A model generated the notes under the pieces. The model did no database searches. It was not told the DNA's origin and saw only the letters and a program-made list of their open reading frames with translations. DNA of 64,000 nucleotides, from assembly GCA_964519505.1 (NCBI GenBank), contig CAZFJX010000006.1:29899-93898 (forward strand), in the 5' to 3' direction. Below, piece by piece: positions 29,226-39,000 of this stretch. A program made the translations under genes and the position numbers. This stretch comes from an uncultured Desulfurococcales archaeon (GTDB lineage Archaea > Thermoproteota > Thermoprotei_A > Sulfolobales > CAZFJX01). Position 1 is the stretch's first letter. Every line of letters begins with the position of its first letter.

Positions 29226-29564
29226 TTACTTAAGAATAAGCGATATGATTAAAGATACCGCCAACACTATAAAGAAAGTCATTAACACTTTAATGTTAGG
29301 GAGTATAATATACAGTAACAAGGGCGTAATCAAGGAGAGCACTAATGAATATATGAGCTTCGCTTTAGGTGCTTTGACAAATAGTACAGTTAAAGAGATT
29401 AAGTATAAAGCCATGGCTAAGGAAAATGACGGTATGTAAGTTCCCAGACTTAGATACATATTGAAATACATAGATATTGTTACGTATGTTAAGCATATTG
29501 CTGATATGAAGACTGAGTAATATATTAAAAGTTCATAACGCGCTAATGACTCATTATTAATCAA
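29226..29564 (-). CDS. Hypothetical integral membrane protein
   Basis: Three or four hydrophobic helices. The same frame stays open and hydrophobic (..LLQDYLIIAVLVIALIVKVLSRGYALIDLVLISLGVFLITYVLFYKGL..) up to about 29733 without an ATG/GTG/TTG. The true 5' end is therefore uncertain, or the gene is degraded. Confidence 0.4.
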   Translation of the reverse strand: MINNESLARYELLIYYSVFISAICLTYVTISMYFNMYLSLGTYIPSFSLAMALYLISLTVLFVKAPKAKLIYSLVLSLITPLLLYIILPNIKVLMTFFIVLAVSLIISLILK

Positions 29565-29818
29565 GCCCTTATAGAAAAGTACATAAGTAATTAGGAAGAC
29601 CCCTAAGGAAATAAGTACTAAATCAATTAACGCATAACCTCTAGATAATACCTTAACAATGAGTGCAATGACAAGGACAGCAATTATTAAATAATCCTGT
29701 AAGAGTTTAGTTACCGCTATGACCCCATCCCATACTTAATAAGTTTATAACCAATATTTAATACATACCTCAAAACAGTTATTACGTAAACATACGTAGA
29801 TTATTTAGGTCAAAGTAT

Positions 29819-30571
29819 ATGCTAATAGATAAGTTATGTAGTGAGTTAATTAAGTACCTACCAAATAATTTAAAAATTGTTGATAGTTGTGTGGGTATTA
29901 AATACACATGTACGGTCGTTAGTGATGGAGTTAGGAGATCCATAGGTGTTGCCTATACACCACTTGAGGATATAGTACATGCTGAGGAGAAGGTTCCTGA
30001 GCCTAGATTTGATAATATGTGTTCCTTAATTAGCTCGGTAGACCCTATTAAAAAGGCGCTAGGATTATCGATTATGAATGCAATATCTCAATACTTAGTT
30101 AATGAGAGGACACTAATTAAGGAAAGAAACCTTATCAAGTACCTAAGGATAACACCTAAAGATTACGTAGTTATTGTTGGTTATATGGAACCCTTAGTTA
30201 AGGAGGTTAGAAAGTTTACCAAGAACTTATATGTACTTGAGAGGAACCCAGCCATTAGGAGGGATGGACTATCTGATATAGCTGCTTGGAGAGTCTTACC
30301 TAAAGCTACTAAGGTAATTATCTCAGGTGCCGTGCTAGTTAACGACACTTTAGACATGATTCTAGAGCTTAGTGAGAATGCTGATGAGAAAGTTATTACA
30401 GGGCCTACGGCTCAGCTATTACCCTACCTATTTTTCAATATTGGATTAACAGGTGTTGCTAGCTTAAGAATAACTGATGTAGATAAGGCAGCTAGAGCAG
30501 TAAGGTTAGGTGGTGGGGCTAGGGTTTTATATAAACTAGGCTTTAAGTACATAGTCTTTAGGTCTAGGTAA
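29819..30571 (+). CDS. DUF4213/DUF364-type putative heavy-metal chelation (Rossmann-like) protein
   Basis: Layout and motifs (VGIKYTCTVVSDG..GVAYTP in the N-domain, VVIVGYMEPLV Rossmann-like C-domain) resemble the DUF364 family. Confidence 0.55.
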   Translation: MLIDKLCSELIKYLPNNLKIVDSCVGIKYTCTVVSDGVRRSIGVAYTPLEDIVHAEEKVPEPRFDNMCSLISSVDPIKKALGLSIMNAISQYLVNERTLIKERNLIKYLRITPKDYVVIVGYMEPLVKEVRKFTKNLYVLERNPAIRRDGLSDIAAWRVLPKATKVIISGAVLVNDTLDMILELSENADEKVITGPTAQLLPYLFFNIGLTGVASLRITDVDKAARAVRLGGGARVLYKLGFKYIVFRSR

Positions 30572-31115
30572 GTATGTATTTAGGGTTAAGCCTGATCCCT
30601 CTCTCCATGAGCTTAAATGAACATGTTAAGCAATACCTAGCCTCCTTATGATCGGTGTCAAATATGCTATTACTAAACCTCATAACACATTTAGAGTTAC
30701 TACAATGAGTTAAGTGAAAGAGATGTCCTACCTCATGTAGTACCTCCTTAAGAAGTCTTGAATAAAAGACCTCCTCCTTACTAAGCCCTTCAGGTATGAA
30801 GTAGCGCAGTCTAGGTAGATAAACCACACACATGCCATTATAGGGGTTAGCCATACCTAAAACAAAATTAAGGCCTCTAGTATAAGCATCGACATCAGCT
30901 ATGGCCACCAGCAACCCATCACGCTTAAATCCACTCAACCAGTCAATAACGTAATCACTTAGATACTGCATTCTTACCGGGTTATAGAATGTTTTAGGTA
31001 TTACCTCATTACCTATGAAGTCTGCCTCAGCATAGAATACATTCATTAAGTTCTCAATAACGAACCTAGCTATCTCTCTGTCGCTGGTGTTAAGTAACAG
31101 TATATTAAACTTCAT
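30564..31115 (-). CDS. amzA: Archaemetzincin (zinc metallopeptidase)
   Basis: HEVGHLFHLTHC (HExxHxxGxxHC) followed by the Cys-rich CVMRFSNS...CLTC zinc-ribbon element characteristic of archaemetzincins. Confidence 0.85.
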   Translation of the reverse strand: MKFNILLLNTSDREIARFVIENLMNVFYAEADFIGNEVIPKTFYNPVRMQYLSDYVIDWLSGFKRDGLLVAIADVDAYTRGLNFVLGMANPYNGMCVVYLPRLRYFIPEGLSKEEVFYSRLLKEVLHEVGHLFHLTHCSNSKCVMRFSNSIFDTDHKEARYCLTCSFKLMERGIRLNPKYILT

Positions 31116-31147
31116 ACCACTATAAATAACTGCAGTAGAGGAAATAA

Positions 31148-31642
31148 GTGGTTAGTAACATGGAATGCACATACATATTCGATATCGATGGAGTTATAGT
31201 TGACTGTAATGAGAGAATTTTAGTAGCTATGGAGCTTGCTGGCGATTCCATCAAGAAGTTTTGGAAGTACTTTTTTAATGAAGATCTTTTTAGGTTAGAT
31301 AAGCCTAGGGAGGTAGGTATAAGATTACTTATTGATAGGGCAAATAAAGGTAAGGTGGTGGTGATTAGTGGAAGGCCTAAGAGATTATTGGGCATAACTA
31401 AAGAGCAGTTAAGGAGTTTCGGTGTTCTTAAGTACATAGATAGACTATGCTTAAGGGGCAATAATGACTTTAGACCTTCATCAATATATAAGCTTGAGGT
31501 AATAAAGAGATTAATTAATGAAGGATCATATATTTGTGAAGTTCATGATGACGATGAGAAGTTCCTTTTAAGGCTTAAGGAAACATACCCCAACATACGT
31601 ACCTACTTACATATTGGTAGGGGCGATTACGTAGTTAGGTAA
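31148..31642 (+). CDS. HAD-superfamily phosphatase-like protein
   Basis: Motif I FDIDGVIVD (DxDG), motif II ISGRP, C-terminal acidic motif HDDDEK. Confidence 0.6.
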   Translation: MVSNMECTYIFDIDGVIVDCNERILVAMELAGDSIKKFWKYFFNEDLFRLDKPREVGIRLLIDRANKGKVVVISGRPKRLLGITKEQLRSFGVLKYIDRLCLRGNNDFRPSSIYKLEVIKRLINEGSYICEVHDDDEKFLLRLKETYPNIRTYLHIGRGDYVVR

Positions 31643-31651
31643 AAAAATAAT

Positions 31652-32383
31652 TTATGTCTTGACCTTTAGTAAAGCCTTAAACGTTAGTTCAGCGGCCTTA
31701 GCGACATACTCCCTTAACTCTTCAGCAGTAGCAAATACCTCAGGTGCCTCAACAATATTATCACTAACAACTAATACTGCACCTGTCTTCACCTTCCTCA
31801 TAACACCTAGAGCAAATAACGTGGCACACTCCATCTCTACGGCTATTATACCTCTTGAGACCCATTTCTTAATAAACTCCGGATCCTCAGCATAGAATGC
31901 ATCACTAGAGACTATGGGACCTAGGTGATAGTTTATATTTAACTCATGGGCTGTCTCAATAATTGACTTAATGACTTCTGGATGAGGTGCTGTTGGCATG
32001 CACGCGTCAGGTGCATACTGACCTAGGGCAGCACCACCTATGAAGTAAGCAGCTCCTGTAGGTATTATTATCTCACCTATTTTCACACCCTTAAGCATCG
32101 CACCCGTAGTCCCTAACCTAACTAGCACCTTAGCTCCAAGCATGATTAGTTCCTCAACAACTATGGCCGCTGAAGGGCCGCCAATCCCATGTACAGCTAC
32201 AGTTATCGGTACACCCTCATACTTACCTGTATATGTGAGGAGGTCCCTATTCTTATTGACTAAGCGAACATCCTCTAACATCTCAGCTAACTGTCTAACC
32301 CTTGCTGGATCCCCAGCAATGACCGCTCTTTCAGCTATATCTCCTGGTTTAGCCTTAATGTGTACAGGTTTCATAATAACCAC
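31652..32383 (-). CDS. Nucleoside phosphorylase, PNP/UDP family 1 (purine/uridine/MTA phosphorylase)
   Basis: VIAGDPARV, HGIGGPSAAIVVEEL, RLGTTGA and EMECATLF motifs of DeoD/Udp-type hexameric phosphorylases. Confidence 0.8.
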   Translation of the reverse strand: MVIMKPVHIKAKPGDIAERAVIAGDPARVRQLAEMLEDVRLVNKNRDLLTYTGKYEGVPITVAVHGIGGPSAAIVVEELIMLGAKVLVRLGTTGAMLKGVKIGEIIIPTGAAYFIGGAALGQYAPDACMPTAPHPEVIKSIIETAHELNINYHLGPIVSSDAFYAEDPEFIKKWVSRGIIAVEMECATLFALGVMRKVKTGAVLVVSDNIVEAPEVFATAEELREYVAKAAELTFKALLKVKT

Positions 32384-32483
32384 CTTACATAATAAATTAT
32401 GAAGGCAATAAAAATATATGTTACAATAGGTAAGGTTAAAATACCTTAAGTAAATAACGACTCAGTGTTTAACACTCATATAG

Positions 32484-33191
32484 GTGATAAGTGTGGGCAT
32501 TTCGGGCGTTGCACGTTGGAAGGCCTCTGAGAGAATTGCTTATGAGCTATTAGTCTCCCAGGGTTTTAAGGTTCTTGAGAAACATAAGAAAATTCTAATT
32601 AACAATACTGAGGTTGGCGAGGTTGATTTTATCGTTGAGGACCGTAATGGTGAGAGATACGCCGCCGAGGTTAAGGCTGGTAAAGTAGACATCACCGGTA
32701 TTAGACAGGCGTACGTTAATGCGCTACTACTTAAGATGAAACCCTTAATAATATGTAAGGGGTATGCCGATGATAACGCTAAGGAATTAGCTAGGGAACT
32801 TGGTGTTAAGGTGATTCAACTATCAGATATATTCTTAGTGGAGAGTGAAGAGCTTGAAATAATTGTAAGAGAGGTTGTTGAAGATGTGCTAATAAATTAC
32901 CTAACTTATATGATCTCAGAACCTCCTCAATTAACCAAGGAATATGAGGGAATTATTGAAGCCATACTAGCATCGCCTAACCCTCATGAAGCCTCAAGGA
33001 GGCTGAAAACAGATGTAGATGCACTCTTTAAGAAAATCGATGAATTAAGGAGGTTGGGAATCGTGCCTAGGTGGGCTAAGAAGTATACATCGATAAAGAA
33101 TTCACTACAGCTACTTAAGGTTAAGAAGGAACTTTTTGGGTTAATGAAAGAATTATTATGTGAATTAAGGGAATTAAGAGAGAAAATGTAA
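32484..33191 (+). CDS. PD-(D/E)XK nuclease-fold protein (Hjc/YraN-like core) with helical C-terminal extension
   Basis: An E...D...E-x-K arrangement: SERIAYELLVSQGFKV, GEVDFIVED, YAAEVKAG. The C-terminal ~100 aa are helical and basic. Confidence 0.5.
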   Translation: MISVGISGVARWKASERIAYELLVSQGFKVLEKHKKILINNTEVGEVDFIVEDRNGERYAAEVKAGKVDITGIRQAYVNALLLKMKPLIICKGYADDNAKELARELGVKVIQLSDIFLVESEELEIIVREVVEDVLINYLTYMISEPPQLTKEYEGIIEAILASPNPHEASRRLKTDVDALFKKIDELRRLGIVPRWAKKYTSIKNSLQLLKVKKELFGLMKELLCELRELREKM

Positions 33192-33283
33192 TTAAGTGTT
33201 GAGTGAGAGAATGTATAATTAATATTACCTAAGTTAAATTTAAATTGGTATGACACAGATTATTTTTACGTAGGGTGTATTAA

Positions 33284-34021
33284 GTGCGGAAGGACATACG
33301 TTTATTAGCTATAGAGTTATTAAAATCCCTTAAAAAACATTTAAGGTACAGAGAACTTCGTGACATTTTTAATTTACCACCACCGATCATATGGAGATAT
33401 ATTCAAGGTGAGGTACTGCCATCACCAGATAGGGCTAATGAAATATTGAACACCATAATAAGTAAAAAAGTCACTAAAAGAATAATTGAGAAGGAAATTG
33501 AGGTTTATAATGGAGTTGTTGCTACGTATAAGATAATTTATAAGCCATCATTACTTAAGTTAATAGGTTATGAGGCTTACATAAAGTTTAAGGATTTAGA
33601 ACCTACAGCCATAGTGACTGCCGAGGTTGATGGAATACCTGTGGCTCTAGCAATAGCTGATTATTTTGATGCTAAAGTAGCTATAGCTAAGAGAAGGAAA
33701 GAGGTTGGCTTTAGGACATACATAGAGTATTCATATCTATCTCATGAACCGCCATCAATAACCACACTGTATTTACCTTCAACATTGATAACAAGGAAGG
33801 ATAAAGTGCTTATAGTTGACGATGTATTAAGAACAGGTAGGACTTTAAGGGCGCTCATATACCTGACCAAGAGAACCGGAGCCTCAATAGTCGGTGTTTT
33901 CTCAGTCATAGCCGTTGGTAGTAGGTGGCATTACTTAACTGATGAAGTTAAGCGTATAGAGATTATCCACCAAGTTGAAAGGGAGTTCCCACTCCACCTC
34001 GGGAGTAGCCATACTTACTGA
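33284..34021 (+). CDS. Winged-HTH + type I phosphoribosyltransferase fusion (PurR/GfcR-like architecture)
   Basis: N-terminal ~70 aa resemble an HTH (LRYRELRDIFNLPPPIIWRYIQGEVLPS). The C-terminal PRT domain has the PRPP loop VLIVDDVLRTGRTL. Confidence 0.7.
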   Translation: MRKDIRLLAIELLKSLKKHLRYRELRDIFNLPPPIIWRYIQGEVLPSPDRANEILNTIISKKVTKRIIEKEIEVYNGVVATYKIIYKPSLLKLIGYEAYIKFKDLEPTAIVTAEVDGIPVALAIADYFDAKVAIAKRRKEVGFRTYIEYSYLSHEPPSITTLYLPSTLITRKDKVLIVDDVLRTGRTLRALIYLTKRTGASIVGVFSVIAVGSRWHYLTDEVKRIEIIHQVEREFPLHLGSSHTY

Positions 34022-34022
34022 A

Positions 34023-34838
34023 TTAATGCCTAGTTCTTACTGAATTAGCTACTCTCATAATTTTTTTGACTCTCCTAACGTCGACTGGATTTGTTACTAT
34101 CCCGTTCTTCTTCAAGTACGTACCTACTATAACGCCATCAGCTATACTTAAGATTTCCCCAATATTCTCGGCATTAACACCGCTACCAACAATAACAGGT
34201 CTATCACCTACAGCGCTCTTTACTGATCTTAAAACGTTCATTTTTGGAGGTATACCTGTTCTTTCACCAGTTACTATTACAGCATCAGCCAATCCCCTAT
34301 CAAACGCCTCTAGAGCCGCCTCCTCTATGGGTCTATCAATAAGTGGTTTACCATGTTTTACGTGAATATCTGCGAACACCTTAACGCCCGCCCCTAACGA
34401 CCTCTTATACCTCATTAGCTTAGGTGCTATGGGCTCTATAATCCCTTGGTCAGTGACTATTGTCTCTACAAATACGTTACACCTTATGAATGATGCCTTG
34501 GCTGTATGTGCTATGGCTAAAGCCTCAATACACCCATTCCTCAATACATTAACACCTACGGGAACACCTAACTTACGAATTTCATTAACTATTAAGGTCA
34601 TTACAGACACAACTATAGGATCTGAGGGCTTAAGTTCATAGGGTACATCATTGAAATTCTCAACAAGTATGGCATCTATCCCTCCCTCAATCAAAACCTT
34701 TGCTTCATGTAGTGCATGATCTAGTAACTCATCAATACTCTCACCACCATACTTAGGCGTGTTTGGTAGTGGGCGGAGATGAACCATACCTATGACGGGC
34801 TTCTCAATACCTAAAACCTTAACCATAATAACCACCAT
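34023..34838 (-). CDS. BtpA/SgcQ-family TIM-barrel protein (paralog 2)
   Basis: KPVIGMVHLRPLPNTPKYGG, EGGIDAILVEN, VIVGSGVN...ADGVIVGTYLK. Alignable along its length with 20749..21633. Confidence 0.75.
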   Translation of the reverse strand: MVVIMVKVLGIEKPVIGMVHLRPLPNTPKYGGESIDELLDHALHEAKVLIEGGIDAILVENFNDVPYELKPSDPIVVSVMTLIVNEIRKLGVPVGVNVLRNGCIEALAIAHTAKASFIRCNVFVETIVTDQGIIEPIAPKLMRYKRSLGAGVKVFADIHVKHGKPLIDRPIEEAALEAFDRGLADAVIVTGERTGIPPKMNVLRSVKSAVGDRPVIVGSGVNAENIGEILSIADGVIVGTYLKKNGIVTNPVDVRRVKKIMRVANSVRTRH

Positions 34839-34851
34839 TAATTAATCGTGA

Positions 34852-35478
34852 TTAAGGAATAAAGTATTTACTTAAGACTATGGAGTCTTTAAGGAATTTA
34901 ACAAACCATACACTTCCGTTTAGGTTTACAGTTCTAGGCTTAATAACTAACTTACTGAGTTCTTTTGCCATACCTACGTAACTAAGTATTAGCTTAATGC
35001 ACTCCTCGTACGTTTGGCGATACTTAGGGTTAGATTTTAGTAACTCTTGATGTAAGTAAGCTAGCTTCCAGTTCTTATAGGTGTATATGGCGAAGTCCAT
35101 AGCTATTAACCCACCAATGAAGAACACTAAGAAGTTAATATATTGGGGTATGAAGGATAGGGTGATTATCAATGATAGGACCGCTACCGTTATTAGGAAC
35201 TTAGTTGTTTCTTGAGTAAGTTCCTTCACAAAGAACTTATTAACTATCCATAAACTAACGTCAAATGATGTTAGCTCAGGACACGCAGTTAAGTCAATTC
35301 TCTTCTTTTTATCATTATGTTTGAGTATGAGTCTTAGGCCCTTTGTCTCCCTAACAATGTCCTTACTAAACCTTACCTTAACGTACTTGGTGTTCTTAAG
35401 TATCGAAAGTAGTTTAGCTATGGATTCCATTAATGAGTCTTTATCAATAGTCATTAAAGACCTTAACTCCGGTAGCAT
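34852..35478 (-). CDS. Hypothetical membrane protein
   Basis: 208-aa ORF with two central TM helices (FLITVAVLSLIITLSFI, FLVFFIGGLIAMDFAIY). No recognised domain. Confidence 0.4.
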   Translation of the reverse strand: MLPELRSLMTIDKDSLMESIAKLLSILKNTKYVKVRFSKDIVRETKGLRLILKHNDKKKRIDLTACPELTSFDVSLWIVNKFFVKELTQETTKFLITVAVLSLIITLSFIPQYINFLVFFIGGLIAMDFAIYTYKNWKLAYLHQELLKSNPKYRQTYEECIKLILSYVGMAKELSKLVIKPRTVNLNGSVWFVKFLKDSIVLSKYFIP

Positions 35479-35543
35479 CCCGATTTAAACTATTGGTAAG
35501 AAGGTAATATACATGAAGGGAAAAAGTAATGGGTTAAGTAAAT

Positions 35544-36848
35544 TTAACCTTCTTGATACATAGTTATGGTCTCCCACTTACCCTTATAGAGTATTTCACT
35601 CTCGCCATGCTTTAATGTCTTAGCGATTACCTTACCGTTCCTTATTACGTATAGTGGTGGCCCTAGAATCCTTAGGGCATCTAGGTCGTTCTTAGCGTTA
35701 AGTATTAGTAAGTTAGCTTTCTTACCTACCTCAATGCCGTACTCATGGAGTATATGCCATGTCTTAGCAGCATTAACAGTTATTAGGTCTAGAGCCTTCA
35801 TTAAGTCATCATAGCCTAATAACTGGTCTACGTGTATGGCCATGAATAGCGCCTGTAACATATCACCAACCCCTAATGGATACCACGGATCCATGATACA
35901 GTCATGCCCTAAGGCCACGTTAATGCCTCTTTCTAAGAGCATCTTTATTGGTGCCATACCTCTCCTCTTTGGATATATGTCGAACCTGCCCTGTAGATGT
36001 ATGTTAATTAATGGGTTGGGTACTATAGTTATGTCCGCTTTTTTAACAACTGATAATATCCTATATCTGTAGGCTGGATCCCAGCTATGCATTGCTGTTA
36101 CGTGACCAGCAGCTACCCTACCCTGCCACCCATACTCTAATGTCTTCTTAGCAACTACCTCGAGGAACCTTGAGTTGGGGTCGTCAGTCTCATCTACGTG
36201 TCCGTCTACGTCCTTATCGTACTTCTTAGCTAGTTCGAAAGCTATCTCTATAGACTTAACACCGTCCTCACGTGTGTATTCATTGTGTGGTATCATACCT
36301 ACGTTATCAGCGCCTAACTCAAGTGCCTTCTCTAAGTACTCAGCATTATCCGGCTCCGTCAATATGCCGTCCTGCGGGAATGCTGTTACTTGAATATCGA
36401 TAATGTCTGAAAGTACCTTCTTAGCCTCAACTAAGCCCTTAACGGTAGTCAAGGTCTTCTCAGTGCAGTCTGCGTGGGTTCTTAACCAGAGTGTGCCGTA
36501 AATAACCATCCACTTACAGGCCTTCTCAGACCTCTTAACTATGTCCTCAACACTTAGCCTCTTCTTCCTTTCAAACCATATCTCAATACCTTCCCATAGA
36601 GTACCTGATATGTTATATCTTGGGTCACCTAAGGTAAGTACTGAGTCCAAGTGGAAGTGCATGTTGAAGAATGGCGGAACTACTAACTTACCATCAGCGT
36701 CTATTTCTTCAGCACCATGCTCAGGTATTTTCTCTGCTATAGCTGTTATTTTGTCGCCCTCAATACCTATATCGAATGTTTTGTCATAAGGTCTTCCACG
36801 AATACGGGCATTACGTATGATTAAGGTATATTTCTCCAAAAGGTTCAC
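35544..36848 (-). CDS. Amidohydrolase, cytosine deaminase-like
   Basis: Metal-binding HxH (FNMHFHLDS), later HVDE and a GHD-type motif (ALGHDCIMDPWYPLG) as in CodA-type deaminases. Adjacent to an NCS1 permease. Confidence 0.7.
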   Translation of the reverse strand: MNLLEKYTLIIRNARIRGRPYDKTFDIGIEGDKITAIAEKIPEHGAEEIDADGKLVVPPFFNMHFHLDSVLTLGDPRYNISGTLWEGIEIWFERKKRLSVEDIVKRSEKACKWMVIYGTLWLRTHADCTEKTLTTVKGLVEAKKVLSDIIDIQVTAFPQDGILTEPDNAEYLEKALELGADNVGMIPHNEYTREDGVKSIEIAFELAKKYDKDVDGHVDETDDPNSRFLEVVAKKTLEYGWQGRVAAGHVTAMHSWDPAYRYRILSVVKKADITIVPNPLINIHLQGRFDIYPKRRGMAPIKMLLERGINVALGHDCIMDPWYPLGVGDMLQALFMAIHVDQLLGYDDLMKALDLITVNAAKTWHILHEYGIEVGKKANLLILNAKNDLDALRILGPPLYVIRNGKVIAKTLKHGESEILYKGKWETITMYQEG

Positions 36849-36948
36849 CTTACGTAAAATATTTCGTAGTGCTCAATTATAAACCTTAAAGTTAATGTAA
36901 AAATTGATGTTACATTTTAATAAAATTATTTAGGATTAACCACTCTTA

Positions 36949-38415
36949 TCATACAGTTTTTAATTTGAGCTCCGGCAACACATAGCTTCTTGCTACAAAC
37001 GCTAGTATTAAGTGAACAACTGCTGATACGAAGAAGCCGTAGTACCAAGCTAGCTCAATACCTGGTACTGGTATGAACCCAAAGTATACCTGTAGGGTGC
37101 CTTGTATGGCGCTGGTTATATACTCAGCTATTATGCCTGCGAAAAACGATATCAACCCTACGATGCTAAATCCCCCAGTATATCTATAGATACCATGTGG
37201 GTTATAACATTCCGTGAGATTGACGTATTTACGCCTAACTACCCAGAAGTCTACGACCATAACACCTGCTATGGGGCCTAACCACATCGAGTAGCACCAG
37301 TTAAATGCTAGTAAGTAGTTAGCTACGTCTAGAGCCTTCTCCCAGTATATTATCGAGTACGGGCCGATTACTAACCATGCCAAGAAAGTAGCTAAGGATA
37401 CAGCCTTCTCCCACGAGATACTGATGAGCCTTATGAGACCGTTGGTAGCTGCCGGTACGTCACCAGTTACGTTCGTGCTTCCCGTAGCTAACGTAGCGAA
37501 CATTAGACCTAGAACACCTAGTTCAGGCCTTGGGCTGAACTTAGCAATTATGTCGATTGGGCTATAAACACCGCCAGTTAGTGCTGTAGCTGCGTAGCCT
37601 AGGTATGTACCTACAACTTGAGGCGCTATCAAACCTAGTATGTGACCTACTGGCAACGTCATCAGTGACTTATTATATCTACAGATATCTGAAACGTTTA
37701 AAGCTATAGTGGCCCACCAAGCGGTCTCAACAGCTATCGCTAAGAAGAATTCACTACTAACCCAGCCTACCTTACTCTCCCATACTGGTACTGGGTATTT
37801 TGGTACCTCAGGTGCTGTATATAGGTAGTATGTGAACCATGCAAAGAATATCATCAGTAGAGGACCGGCGATTACGTCTAGGTACTTAATGCCCCTAATC
37901 TTCTTCATACCTACTGCCCAAACGAACAGCAGGTAAATAACAAATGTTATTGGCGTATACTTCAAACCTACATCAATGATTACCTCAGGCGGTACACCAC
38001 CAACTAACATAGCCATCTCTGTAATTGCCCACGCAGCGATGTAGCCATCAATACCATACCAGAATATTGAGACAATGACCCTAACTAGTAGCGGTATTAT
38101 GGAGCCTCTGAACCCGAATGTATATCTTAGCTGTACTGGGAATGGTATGCCGTACTTAACACCTACGTAGCCATTAAGGGTCATTATTAACGCTACGACA
38201 GCATTACCTATGAATGCAGCCACTAATGTCTGAACAAGTGATAACCCTAGAATAAGTGGTAGCCACCCGAGGAAGAATATCGATGTGGTGATAGCCATCG
38301 ATAGAATCATCAGCGTATAGCTTAGTGACCCTATAGTCCTTTCAGATACTTTAGTTGGGAGAAGCTCTGGTCTATCAACAACTACCTTGGGTAAAGGAAC
38401 CTCCACTAGTGACAC
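36949..38415 (-). CDS. NCS1-family nucleobase:cation symporter (cytosine/uracil/allantoin permease type)
   Basis: 12-TM protein of 488 aa with NCS1-like N-terminal segment (ERTIGSLSYTLMILSMAITTS). Genomic pairing with a deaminase. Confidence 0.75.
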   Translation of the reverse strand: MSLVEVPLPKVVVDRPELLPTKVSERTIGSLSYTLMILSMAITTSIFFLGWLPLILGLSLVQTLVAAFIGNAVVALIMTLNGYVGVKYGIPFPVQLRYTFGFRGSIIPLLVRVIVSIFWYGIDGYIAAWAITEMAMLVGGVPPEVIIDVGLKYTPITFVIYLLFVWAVGMKKIRGIKYLDVIAGPLLMIFFAWFTYYLYTAPEVPKYPVPVWESKVGWVSSEFFLAIAVETAWWATIALNVSDICRYNKSLMTLPVGHILGLIAPQVVGTYLGYAATALTGGVYSPIDIIAKFSPRPELGVLGLMFATLATGSTNVTGDVPAATNGLIRLISISWEKAVSLATFLAWLVIGPYSIIYWEKALDVANYLLAFNWCYSMWLGPIAGVMVVDFWVVRRKYVNLTECYNPHGIYRYTGGFSIVGLISFFAGIIAEYITSAIQGTLQVYFGFIPVPGIELAWYYGFFVSAVVHLILAFVARSYVLPELKLKTV

Positions 38416-38584
38416 AACTAAACACCTACACGTAGAAAAACTAAAAACTGCTATATCAAGTTTACTCCCTAAAGAAATATATACTTATTACATTGACATA
38501 GTAGAAATAACCTCACTTTATTGGAGCATGGTGACTTAAGTAGCTAAAATGCTAAGGAGGTATTTTCAGAGGTAGGAAAATATT

Positions 38585-38992
38585 TTGATGTCCTCTACTT
38601 TAATTAATCTTGGTGAGTACTTGGTTAGTCAGGAAATGGTTTGGAAGGGATTAATGTACATCATAGTAGTTCTTGGGGGTATCTTAGTGGTCTTATCAAT
38701 TATGAGGTTTATTAGTGCTCATAAGGCCCTTAAGTTATATGCTGACCACATTAAGGCTACGATGAATCTACCTGAAGTTGTTAAGTTCATTAATAAGGTC
38801 AAGAAGCCACTTATAGAAGTTGATGAGGATAAGGTCCGTGGTAAGGTTATAGTGATATGGCGTGATAGTAGGAAGAGAGGCATATATCCATCGGTAATAG
38901 TTTACGTCGATAAGTATAGTAAGAAGCCTCTAAAGATAGAGACATACCCAGAAACACCAGGTAAAAAGCCGGGTGTAAGGGTTATTAAGTAG
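38585..38992 (+). CDS. Hypothetical single-TM protein
   Basis: 135-aa ORF with one TM (LMYIIVVLGGILVVLSIM) and a Lys-rich C-terminal domain. First gene of a co-directional four-gene cluster. Confidence 0.4.
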   Translation: MMSSTLINLGEYLVSQEMVWKGLMYIIVVLGGILVVLSIMRFISAHKALKLYADHIKATMNLPEVVKFINKVKKPLIEVDEDKVRGKVIVIWRDSRKRGIYPSVIVYVDKYSKKPLKIETYPETPGKKPGVRVIK

Positions 38993-39000
38993 GTGTTCTT

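Noticed and set aside
31120-31461. 113-aa minus-strand ORF overlapping the HAD-like gene
   Set aside because: It has Leu/Ser/Pro-rich antisense-type composition. The + strand ORF carries the DxDG HAD motif I.
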